The notes below the pieces were generated by a model. That model did not search any database. It saw nothing but the letters and a program-made list of their open reading frames with translations, and was not told the origin of the DNA. A DNA stretch of 63,870 nucleotides, the filler included, from Chrysochromulina tobinii (lineage: Eukaryota): assembly GCA_001275005.1 (NCBI GenBank). It is 8 parts of 8 records of this genome, joined end to end, with 100 filler letters (N's around TTAATTAATTAA, not from the genome) between each part and the next. Parts side by side here need not be neighbours in the genome. Positions count along the whole stretch, not along the records: positions 1 to 11,409 come from JWZX01000927.1; 7 more parts are not named here. One strand, written 5' to 3'. Positions within the stretch are counted from its first letter, which is position 1; each line of letters starts with the position of its first letter. The position numbers and the translations under genes were made by a program. Shown one piece after another: positions 1 to 10,462 of this stretch.

Positions 1-316
1 CCGCGGTGACAGCGCCCGTCTGTCCTGTGTTTCGTGTGGTAGTGGCTGGTCGGTACCTTGTGTGTCGATTCAACTGACCCTTTCTCAATGTTTTGTACGT
101 GGAGACGTTTCTATTCCACATTTGTACCGTACTTTTTACCGGTGGTACGGTATGCTTGTCGTGTCAGCGTGTGAAGCGTGAGTGCCGGCTCTATTGAATC
201 AAAGCCTGGGCACACTGACACGGGAACACAGCACCTGAACTCCAGTTTATCCCACGCGAAAAACGGCCACTCAGGTCTCAGCACACAGCAACCATTCTGG
301 CCGGATCTGAGCGACT

Positions 317-934
317 CTATCGTCCATCCATATTTTGGGTCCTCTTCGCTCGTGCCCTAGCCGCCTCGAGGAGTCTCAGGCCTTCCTTGGTTTCGTCATC
401 AGGCTCAGCCGTCAGTCCGGTGGCCGGGTCGACGCCGCGTGCTCGCCAGTAGTCTTCTCCGTACGATGCCAAAATCTCTTCGCCAGCGCGCACGGCTCGC
501 GTAGCAACAGCCGTTGCGCGACGAAGGGCGGGATCCTTGACGAATTTGGCGTTGAGCTTCGACGCGTCAAAGCAATCATTGATGTAGCGGGCCGGACAGT
601 CGAGCTGCTGCGCAGCATCGACAAAGGCGTTCATCCCAAAGCCACCCATGATGTATTCCCGATTTTCTCGCAGCGCCATTCTTGCGAAGCTCAGCACCTC
701 CCCGTAATATGCCGCCACTACTGTACCCGACTCAAAGTCACGCCTCGCAAATAGACCCAGGCCTGCGCCTGGGATTGTACTCGTATGTACCGCCAGTCCA
801 AGCTCTGGCCACTGTAGATGCGCAACCTGGCTTCGTCGTCGGCGCCACAGTGCAAATCCGAGTGATATTGTGATCAGTGTGAGCGCCAATGGCGCCACCG
901 ACGGGCCGACAGGCGGCGAGCGCACAATCGCCAT
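317..934 (-). CDS. Small SET-domain protein with an N-terminal hydrophobic anchor
   Basis: SET motifs STIPGAGLGLFA, YYGE, ARYIND and GEEILASYGEDYW. Hydrophobic LALTLITISLGFALW followed by RRRR. First ATG at 934. Confidence 0.85.
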   Translation of the reverse strand: MAIVRSPPVGPSVAPLALTLITISLGFALWRRRRSQVAHLQWPELGLAVHTSTIPGAGLGLFARRDFESGTVVAAYYGEVLSFARMALRENREYIMGGFGMNAFVDAAQQLDCPARYINDCFDASKLNAKFVKDPALRRATAVATRAVRAGEEILASYGEDYWRARGVDPATGLTAEPDDETKEGLRLLEAARARAKRTQNMDGR

Positions 935-1086
935 GTGAACTCGGACAAAGCAGTTCCCGTGAGGAATTTTCTTGACTAAAGTACATGTAACCGGATAGAT
1001 CAGGAACACATTCTCCCAAATGTGTCTGTGTCCACTTCGAAAGTGGGGTAAACATCGTTCGTCTTTTTTGACGTTTCACCTCCAGA

Positions 1087-1703
1087 TGAGTTCAATGCCG
1101 GACGTGGTCGGTCGCGCAGTAACAGAGTGGGTGAGCGTCGGCCGTTCGCAGACGATTGCCGTGATCAAGGCTGGCCAGCCACAGGCCTCCATCAAAGGTG
1201 CTCGAGTGCAAGCGCAGCTGGCGCTCGAACTCAAAAAGACCAAGGAGTGCAAGGCGGCTGCCGCGAAGCTCTGGCGCAAATGCTACCGAGAGGCGGAGCA
1301 GGCCGGCTTCGAGCAGAACGGCGAGCTTGTGCACGGCTCCCCCTTTCAGCCCGCAAAGAGGGTCATGATGGCTGCGGCCAAGCTCGGTGAGATCGCCTTT
1401 GAGGCGCGCAAGGTCGGCGGCGCTTGCGCACCCGTGGAGCGCGAGGCTGTGAGGCTGTCTCACCGGGCGCTCGTGCACGCGAAGATGCTCGAGCGATCCG
1501 ACTTGCTCGAGCGCGAGTGGCATGCGCGTCAGCTTGCCATGCCGCCGCTGCTCTCGTCGGACGCCCCAGCAGCGGACCCGCAGCCGCCGAACAGCCTGCC
1601 GAGTCCGAGGACGAGATCCCAGCAAGAGGAGAAGGCCTTCCAAATCGCGTACAAGCTGACCCAAATCTTCAAGCCAAAGGCTCAGCTGATGAGCAAGCTG
1701 CAG

Positions 1704-1746
<43 letters not shown>

Positions 1747-3608
1747 AGTCGGAGATGTCAGCTCCGGTCGGAGCCAAGTCCGTTCAACAGACGACCTCGG
1801 GGGAGATGGAGTCCAAAAGTCCCAAGCGATGGAACATGGCAGCGGCGGCGGCCGCGGCCGGCTCGACGATGTACATCAACGCGACGGGCGCGCTGGCAAT
1901 CGAGCCGACGGCCTACCAGAACGCGCTGAAGGAGCTTCCTGTCACGCTGCCGGTAGCTCTGATGGTCTCTGATTGCATGCTGATTGCATCCCTCATCAGT
2001 GCAGCTCGCGTCGCTCCTTCTCGCCGATCGGCAGGTACCCGCCTCCACCGCGGCCGCCATCTGCGCGTCACTCGCCCCCGTCCTTGATGCGCTCATGCGA
2101 GGTGTCGATGTCAAGTCAGTGGACTTCCAGGCTGCGAAGAATGCGTACAACAGCTGGCTGGAGAGCAGCTGGCTCGATCCGCGGGGGGACACCCCCGCCG
2201 GCGCCGAGGGCGCCGTGCCGAGCGCCATGCCTACGAGCGCCGTGGCGAGCGCCTCGACGCCAGCTGGCAGTGGGACTGGGGGCGGCGGTCTCCTCGGCCC
2301 ACCCTCTGGCCCTCCGCCTTGCTTGCCGCGCCCGCCGATACGAAAGCCCAAACCGATCAACGGCTGGTCGATTGAGCAGTACGGCCTCTCGGGCTTCTCT
2401 GGCTTGTATGCGCAGGGCCTGCATGTGCCACGCGTCGCGACGATTCGCCAGGTCATGCTCTGATGGTCTCTGATTGCATGCTGATTGCCTCCCTCATTAG
2501 GTCATGCTCTGGCTCTTGATGGTCTCTGATTGCATGCTGATTGCCTCCCTCATCAGGTCATGCTCTGGCTCCTGCAGTCGGCGCCCGGCATGCCCACCGA
2601 CGGCCCGCTCTCCTTTGCGGACTTGGGCGCGGGCACGTGCGCGGCCTGCGTGGGAGCGCGCTTCGCGCTGCGTGATCACGTGGGCGGAGAGCATGCATTC
2701 AAGGTGTGATCACTAATGACCACTGATGACCACTGATGACCACTGATGACCATTGATGACCAGCATGCATTCAAGGTGTGGCCGATTGACCTGGCCATCA
2801 AGCCTCCTCCTCCGCCCGTGCTTGATGACCACTGATGACCACTAATGACCACTGATGACCACTGATAACCACTGATGACCATTGATGACTTTGCATGCAG
2901 GTGTGGCCGATCGACGTGGCTTCCTCCTCCGCCCGCTTCCGTGAAGCTTTCACAGCGATGATCGAGGTGGGCACCGTCCATCGTCGAGACTCACCCATTA
3001 TGCTCAGTGGCAGTCATACAAAGGCCGCTCTGCTGCCCGGGCAGCACCCTTCACAGTATCTGACCGAGGAGGTGGAGGGCGTCGCCCCCCTTGTCACCTC
3101 GCTCCTTCGGCAGCTTTCCGAGCGCAACGAGCGGCAGCCCCACGTGATTATCGCCTCCTTCTCGCTCCACTACCTTCGTAAGGGCGAGCGGAAGGACTTC
3201 TACGAGACACTAGCCAAGGCCGTCACGCGCCCGCTGCTGTTGCTGATCCTAAAAGGAGTCGATGCGCCCGAGACCAAGGGTAAGTGCGAGCCGATGGTGC
3301 CAGCGCACATCCCGTCGATCATCCTCGGGCTTCATTATTACATTGGGCGCAGCCCGAAGCCACGTGTCGCAGAGGCGCAGCTCGCCCTCATCCTCCCAGC
3401 GGCGCAGGCGCACGCTGGGGCCCAGTCCTTCGCACCGCCGGCCGCGGGCCAGAAAGATGCCGTGCCCGCATACGAGCGCTCGGATCCCGACAGCTGGGTG
3501 CTCAGCACGTTTGCCGCGGCCCAGAGGCACAGCCGACGGCATGGGATCTTCACCGGGGTGACGGTGCTCGCCGAGGAGAAACTCGCCGCAAGGGACCTGG
3601 GGTCGTAG
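1087..3608 (+). CDS. Multi-exon protein of unknown function; the last exon may encode a methyltransferase-like fold
   Basis: Successive long + strand ORFs are separated by GT..AG repeat-filled introns at about 1953-1999, 2452-2556 and 2705-2900. The last exon contains IIASFSLHYL. Start and exon joins are approximate. Confidence 0.55.
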
Positions 3609-3719
3609 TCGAGAGAGAGAGAGAGAGATGCCAATCGGGATGACCAATTTTTAGCTGATGGGTTTCTTTGGGCCTTATACTCACACAGTATGACGTGACT
3701 GTGTACAGTACGCCGCGTA

Positions 3720-3782
3720 CGGTAAAAAGACACCGGGGGAGCCGGGACACGTCGTACCGGCTCCCCCGGTGTCTTTTTACCG
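3720..3782. repeat. Perfect 26-bp inverted repeat with an 11-nt loop
   Basis: cggtaaaaagacaccgggggagccgg (3720-3745) and its exact reverse complement (3757-3782). Confidence 0.95.
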
Positions 3783-3880
3783 GTACCGCTGTAGTACCGG
3801 TAGGACAAACGAAACGCCCAAAAACCGATCGGTCGGGGTCTCTTGTGGCCTCGCCGCTGCTGGCGCGGGTTACGGGCCAT

Positions 3881-4987
3881 ATGCCCAATGCTTTACTGCT
3901 CAAGATGCCGGCTTGGGTCACAGCTCCCGTGCGCGAGCTGACCATGGAAGATGTGACGATGATCACAGACGGACCGAAGCCAGTGAAATCTACCACAGCC
4001 TTCGGTCCGGGCTTGGTGGCAGCGACCGTCCGGGAGCCCGCACACTTCACGATCGAGGTACCCTTGAATCCGGGCATGGATCCGGCAGATGATCGAGGTC
4101 CCTTGCAGCTGCCGTCAGACGACAATCTCTTCGTGACAATTCGTGGTGTCTCGCGTGTCCATCCGCACCTCACACCAAGGCCTATTGATTATGACCAAGA
4201 CACACTGGTGCGCACGTATGATGTTGAGTGGCGACCCGTTCTCTCTGGACACTACCAGATCGTAATCTTCCACGGTAGCCGTCAGCTGGAAGGCAGCCCG
4301 TTCGAAGTCGTGGCGGCGACTCCTCAACCGTGTCCAATGCAATGCCGGCTCCACGGCGATGCCTTGTGCCAAGCAGTCGCCCACAAGACCGAGACGTTCA
4401 GCATTGCGTATCGCGACAAGCTCGGCATCACGACGCACGCAACAGAGCTCGATGTGTTCGTCGAACCTGTGCAATCTGGCAGCCCACGGGGCCGTATCAC
4501 ACGTTGCCGCAAGATTCGCGTCAAGGTCGGCGGGCGACCGATCAGCGTCCGGGCTGAGCCCGACCTAGACTCCGAGGAGATCGGCGAGCTGCTCCCCGGC
4601 GCAATCATCACCATCGTCGAGGAGCGGATCGGGCGCGGCGGCAATGTGGAAGCGTGTATCGCGTTGGACTTTATGGAAAAGGTGGATCGGAACGGCAAGC
4701 CAATCATCTCGAGCCCGAGAAAGCCTGGCTTGCCGACCACGGATGCTAAGATCTTGAGCTTTCGGTCGACGCCGTCGCTTTCGGAGCGCCGCGCCGGACC
4801 TCCCGTTCTGCCTCTAGCATCCGCTCCTGCAGCTACAGTGCCCACGAGCACGCTCGGCTCGATCCCAGAGGACGATGCCGTTGAAGGTGGCCGACAACTG
4901 GCGGCTCCGAACAAACTCGGAGCTCGGCCGCTCTCCTCGATTCCCGAGGCGAGAGCAGCGGCAGCTTCATGGACCTCAGCGAGCGGT

Positions 4988-5024
<37 letters not shown>

Positions 5025-7663
5025 CGGCGATTGGCGCCCCTCTCAGCAAGCCCGAGCAGCAACAGCGCTTACGAGCAGCAGCAGCGCCGAGCGGCAGCAG
5101 CAGCGCGAGCGGTGCCCCGAGCTGCGGCAAGCTTGCAGCGAACGGCACCGTGCCCGGAGGGCAGGGCGGGAGCCAGGTGGCTCCAAGTTCGCCGAACTCA
5201 CACGTCAAGGTCCAGAAAAAGTTTGGGATGAAGCTGTCGGTGGCCGCCGCCGCTCAGCAGCAGGTAGCCGGAGCGCAGCAACAGTCCTCTCGCCGTTCGA
5301 GTCGTTCCAGTGGCACGGCACGGAGCGGTGGCAAACGGAGCTCGAGGAAGCTCGACTGGAGTGCGCAGCAAGCGGCGCGGACCGTGGGCTGGGCCACCAT
5401 CGTCAAGGATGGGACCAAGCTTGTCACCTCGCGGATGCGCTTGAATGTCGAGATGCGCCAGCAGTACCAGCAGCAGTGGGCACGGCGCTTAGCCACCGTC
5501 AAGTCCGCTGAGGGCTTGAAGAAGACCATGGGGGACGGTACGGCCAGCTCGAAGAGCCGGAGAAATGAAGCGATTACCGATCATTCTGTAATGCGCTCCA
5601 TCACTCTCGAGCTCGAATCCGCCAAAGCTGTGGCGAACACGGCCGCCTTTGCGTATGGTGGCATCTACCCGGGGGTGTTGCATTCGCACGGCAAGCTGCC
5701 CGACTCGCATCGAGTCAGTTACTCGATTGGGGTGGCTGGAGTGTACCTGCTCCACGTGCGCTTGCGCCAGCAAGGCGCGGCGCTTCCTAGCTCGCCGTTC
5801 ATGCTGACTGTGCGGCCCGGAGAGGCGCACGCGCTGTCCACGAAGCTACCCGCAGTGCTGCACGGCGAGGTGGGCGGGCGGTGCTCGTACACGATCTCCA
5901 CCGCGGATCAGGGTGGCAACCCGTGCCTCGAGGGGGGGGCAAAGCTCTCGTGTACCTGCGAATCGGAGGATGATCTCTGGCTTCGCACGGGCGGCTCGAG
6001 TAGCGACAATGGCAAGCTCAGCGCCAAGTCCACCGACCACGGGAATGGCAAGTACACCATCGTGTGGCACGGCGAGAGGACCGGCACCTTTCTCGTCTCC
6101 GTCACGATCGGCGGGCTGCACGTGGTCGGATCCCCCGTGTTCCTCAAGCTGGCCTCCTCCATTCCTGACCTGACTAAGTGCCTCACGGATGTGCAGCGCT
6201 CGATTCGTGCGATCAAGGGTCAGCTCACGATGTTTCGCATTTGCTTCCGAGATGTCTACGGAAACTCGCCCAACTGCAGCAGCGCCTTTCGCAGCACCCT
6301 CAAAGCGGGGCTGGCGATCGCCAATCCGGGCGTTAAGGTGCCTACCGCGAGGACTGAGTACGACTTCGAGGGCTCGTGGGTGGATGAGGAGAGCGACGAC
6401 GGCACCCAGATCGCATGGTACCAGATTGCGTTCACGCCGATGACAGCGGGCTCCTACTCGATGCATGCATGGGTCGAAAGCAACGCCCCTGTAACCAATC
6501 AGGTGCCTGGGGTGGTGCGCAACTACATTGAAGGTTCGCCATATATCCTGGACGTCCACGCGGATGCTGCCAACGTCCAAAGCGGAGTCCGAGAAGTGAT
6601 CGACGTGTCGGGGATCATGCCAGGCGACTACAAGATCTCTCGCGACGTTTTTGAGGAGACGACGAAGAGATGGGGCGACTGCACCATCGATGCGTTTGCC
6701 AGCGTGGCAACGGCCACGCTGCCCCGATTCTGGACTGAAACGCCGAAGTTGGGCGCGGAGGGCACCGATGCGTTGAAGCAGGAGTGGCGGTACGGAGAGC
6801 GCGTGTGGGCGCATCCGCCTCTCCACCTGCTCGACGCTCTGGCGGCTTTCTTGGTACAACCGGACCGAGGCGCCGAGGTGATCGTGTGCGCACCATTCCG
6901 ACCCAACGCGGACTGGTTCTTCAAGATCAAGAAGCTCTGTGATGACTCGACCAAGTACATGGCAGGCCGGCTGAGTAAGGTAGCCAACGACGCTCCGTCG
7001 CGCGTGCACGAGTGGCCCATTATTCTCTTTCGAATTCCAGGCCGCAATCCTGGTGCAGGAGGGCCAACGCGCCCTCTAGCTCAGCCGCAGCCTCAGTCGC
7101 AGCCGCAAGTTCTGCAGCTTCCAATCCAACCTGGTGCAGGGAAGCCACTGCTTCCGCCTTCGTCTCTGCCGCAGCCTCTGCCGGAAATTGCGGCGGTGGC
7201 CAAGAGCCCTCGATTCGCACTTTCGATGGTCAACATTGCCAAGATCATCCGGGAGCATCCTCACCTCAGGCCGCAGATTAAGGCGATCGTGTCGCGCAAA
7301 GATCTTGACCAGAAGCAAAGCATCCTCGAGATTCAACAGCTGCTTGTCACTGCGTTCGGCCCAGCGGCTGCGGAGCGGACGGACGCTCAAGCCGCCGAGG
7401 CGCCCGTTGGCGAGACGGCCCTCGTCACGGGCGCGAGTGTGCTCGGCGCTCTTTCACGGGGCGCGCCGAGGGCACCTGCGGCGGCCGTCTTGCCGGTGCA
7501 AGACCCGTTGAGCGCGTACAACGTGGCGGACGCCATAGCGCTCGGACCTCCAGCAGAAATCAGCATGGTAGCAGAGAGCGGTCTGCGACGCTCACGAGTA
7601 CAAGTACAAGTGAGCCTCAAGGGCCGGGCAGCCACCTCGAGCTTCGCGAGCACATGTAAGTAA
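3881..7663 (+). CDS. Filamin/ABP280-repeat protein with an SH3b-like insert and a C-terminal DIRS/phage-type N6-adenine DNA methyltransferase-like domain
   Basis: Filamin motifs AFGPGL..A, F.I, G.Y.I.V and GSPF.V occur about four times. SH3b-like VRAEPDLDSEEIGEL..GWA. MTase-like WG..TIDAFAS..LPRF..GAEGTDALKQEW..WAHPP at about 6620-6950. Start codon uncertain (3881 or 3905). Confidence 0.8.
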
Positions 7664-8890
7664 GTAAGTAAGTAACACACGCCAACATGCAGCGTACACG
7701 TGGCGAGGGGGATACCCAGGCATACAGAGCGTGTAACACTGACCGCGTGTACGGTGTTCAGCAGTCGAGTGTTGTTGCTGATGAAAGTCATCAGTCAACG
7801 CTCGCCCGCGGCTCAAGAGCGGAGGTGTCAACAATAGGGGGCGGGGCGCACGGTCGCGTAAAATTCACTCCTCCCCGTTTTTCCCACAAGGGAGTCGGCC
7901 CAGTGGCTCGGCCCTCGGCGTGGGTGCCCCCATTCACAATGAGAAAAGAGGGGCTGCGTTCTTGTAGATCGCTGCGAACAAGATGTAGGATCGGCGCGAT
8001 CCCGCGACGCGACTCGCGAGGATCCCCGCGCGACTCACTTACCCGCCGCGACTCACTTTGTGTGTCACACCTTCCTACAGCGATCTGTACAGCTTGGCGC
8101 CAAGGCTGTACGTCTCTTTCGCGCTCTTGTCGCTGCCGCGCCGCCACGCGACGAGTGGCCCGTCGACTCGCCGGTCCGGCCTGTGCGGCACGCGGACCGA
8201 AGAGCTCGGCTTCGAGCCTCCTCGCATCGGCGCGCAGATCCGCGGAGAGGTACGAGACGCTTACCCATGACTCTTCCCACATGTCTCCATCTGAATCCTC
8301 CCCCTCCCATTCGACCAGAACGTCTAATGGGCGACCACGCCGCCCGTCATGTCGTCGCATAGCCATGATGCGCCGTACTGCCCAGCGCCCGCCATCGTCG
8401 GCCTCCCGACCTGCGACCACGGGTGCCATTGCTACGCGCTGCCTAGCGTCCCGCCTACTTCGTGATACCTCTTGCCTCCTCCGTTTGCTTCGCTGAGGAT
8501 CCACACGCGGCTCGATCTCAATGTGCACAACGTCCCCCACCTCCTCCGCGGGTTGACTGCTAAGGGTATGGTGCTTCTCGACTTTTTCCGGACCGAAGAG
8601 GAGCGCAGCAGGCCCCTGTCAGTTCCCCTGTCCGACCCGCACAAAGTGCCCCATCCGGAGATTGCAGATGCCCAGTGTCCTCCATTCGCCCGCGCTCAGA
8701 GTCTGTTTGACCTCTAAGATCGCCCGGAGACCATCGTGTACGAGCTCAAACCGCTCCTCCACCTCCTCCGTGAAAATCTGCCAACGCAGGCCGTTGGCCA
8801 GGCAGGCCCACCGTCGCATGCCTTCCCGTTGCACAGCTAGCGCCCTATTGCGCGAAAGAGCACATGTACCGCGAGCACCACAAGCTATAT
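7657..8890 (-). mobile_element. Degenerate 3' end of a chromodomain-bearing retroelement with a (TTAC)n tail
   Basis: Chromodomain WAVRRIMAMRR..LDVLVEWEG..WEESWVSVSYL. ORFs 8619-8834 and 7791-8540 are in the same frame, separated by one premature TGA. The element ends in a (TTAC)n tail at 7657-7674. Confidence 0.6.
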
Positions 8891-9098
8891 CCTACCTATA
8901 TCTTAGGCGAGATCCGGACCGGTAGCCCTAATGACGAAACCCTCTGGTTGCCTAATAAAGAGATATAGTAAGGGTACTGTGGTGTCGTGTCGTCCTCTAA
9001 GTGACTTGTGTAAAGTGTCTGCCGCTGCGAAAAGTCTAACGAGTGAAACGACTCGACTCCGCGGACCGCGCGACCTAACTGTTCGCGTTGTCTGAACG

Positions 9099-9154
9099 TA
9101 TGGTTGTCTGTTGTTTTAATGTTTATGTATAGACTTGACTTAACTTGACTTGAC
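9099..9154 (+). repeat. Copy 1 of a short dispersed element (core cgtatggttgtctgttgt plus (ACTTG)n tail)
   Basis: The same core occurs at 22722-22822 (-), 31750-31845 (+) and 47420-47494 (-). Confidence 0.8.
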
Positions 9155-9339
9155 TCAAACAGCGGCGCTCATGCTCCAGGTGTGTGTGTGTGAATTTGAA
9201 ACAGGACCACACAGTACAGCGGCGCTCATGCAGGCGCGTCCCCGGGGGGGCGTGGGGGCGAGCTTACATGAGGTCATGACTGTGTGATGATTTCGTCAAG
9301 AAGCTCCGAACCATGAACCATCTGGTTCCATCCGGAAAA

Positions 9340-9810
9340 TCACACTCTCTGTGTTATCGCTTGAGCATGCACACGACCTTGCGACGTTTGTAAGGCTAAC
9401 CCTAACCGCCGATACCGTCTCATGTGCGCCATACAGACTGTACTGAACTGACCCGACATTACGTACGGAACAGGGAAACCGTGTAACCTGTACTTGACTG
9501 CTTGTTGAATGAAGTATGCAGCTTGCCAATATGCTCTATGTCGAAGTACTCTCCATTTCCTTTGAATGTCTACCAGAGCCTTAAGTGGGCCCCACAACTT
9601 TGGCCTTCCGAAGCCCTTAAAGATTGCCTGGAGCGAGAGTTTGGCTAAGTCGGGCACTTCTCCTACGTCCTCAGTACGTCGCACACGACGTAGAGCACGC
9701 TCACTGGGTGCAGCTGACCCCGCTCCAAGCTGTCGCTGTTGAAACTTGGGATTGAGCTCAAATGTGAAAGTTGAGACAAAAGACGAAAGTTTGGGCCTTC
9801 GAGGGTCCAT
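9340..9810 (-). CDS. Hypothetical ORF packed directly downstream of the YqaJ gene, possibly viral-derived
   Basis: 156-aa ORF starting 3 nt after the YqaJ stop, intronless, lower GC. No recognisable domain. Confidence 0.3.
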   Translation of the reverse strand: MDPRRPKLSSFVSTFTFELNPKFQQRQLGAGSAAPSERALRRVRRTEDVGEVPDLAKLSLQAIFKGFGRPKLWGPLKALVDIQRKWRVLRHRAYWQAAYFIQQAVKYRLHGFPVPYVMSGQFSTVCMAHMRRYRRLGLALQTSQGRVHAQAITQRV

Positions 9811-9813
9811 CCA

Positions 9814-10380
9814 TCATTCCAAATCTGGAAAATCCTCTAGAGTCGGCGGCAGTGCACGCGTTTCGACGCGGTCCCAGAACCCAGTGTCCATGTGCGCGTT
9901 CCGCGACTCCTCGACCATCTCGCGGATCATCTCCTTCTCGCCCTTTGCGAACTTCGGCGGTCCGTCGCCGTCGCACATCGCTCGGTAGAACTGAGCGTAG
10001 TGCGTGCTCGTGAGAACGCCGTGCAGATCACGGTCGCGCGTCACGCGGATGACCTTGTACGCTCCGGGCGTCCATGAGATGAAGTCGCACCACTCGCGGT
10101 CCGCGCACTCGAGGCACAGGTTGATCTGCAGGTAGTAATACAGCGGGATCGTCTGGTGCGGCGTCTTGCTCCAGTAGGGGCACTTGGCCTCGACGATGCC
10201 CTCGGTGCCAATCAGCCCGTCCGGCGAGCCCGCGAGCCAGTCTGCGTGCTTGTGCACGTACAGGCCGGTCGGCTCGACGAGGTTGCCCGTGTGCGCGCTG
10301 TAGGCGACGAGCGCGTTGGGCTCGTTCGCCGTGCCCCCCTTGCCGTGCCCCAGCGCGTCGCGTCGTTGCCCTCAAACGTG
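9814..10380 (-). pseudogene. YqaJ/lambda-exonuclease-like viral recombinase, 5'-truncated and frameshifted
   Basis: Motifs FEGNDATRWGT-NEP, WLAGSPDGLI, VEAKCPY, IPLYYYLQI and EWCDFISW. A 14-nt tandem duplication (ggggcacggc repeated, about 10328-10352) breaks the frame. Confidence 0.85.
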
Positions 10381-10462
10381 TCCGTGCCGGGTGTTGGCGG
10401 TGTCGAAGGCGTTGACGGCGTTGAGGGTGTTGAGCCAGAGATCATTGTGCACGACCGCGACG

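Noticed and set aside
1704..1746. (GCC)n, (AGC)n, (GA)n and (CA)n tracts
   Set aside because: Ordinary microsatellites or homopolymeric amino-acid runs.
8905..9060. Hammerhead-like strings ctaatgacgaaac and ctaacgagtgaaac
   Set aside because: The core has A at the invariant G5 position and I could not form a proper stem I. A covariance-model search would be needed.
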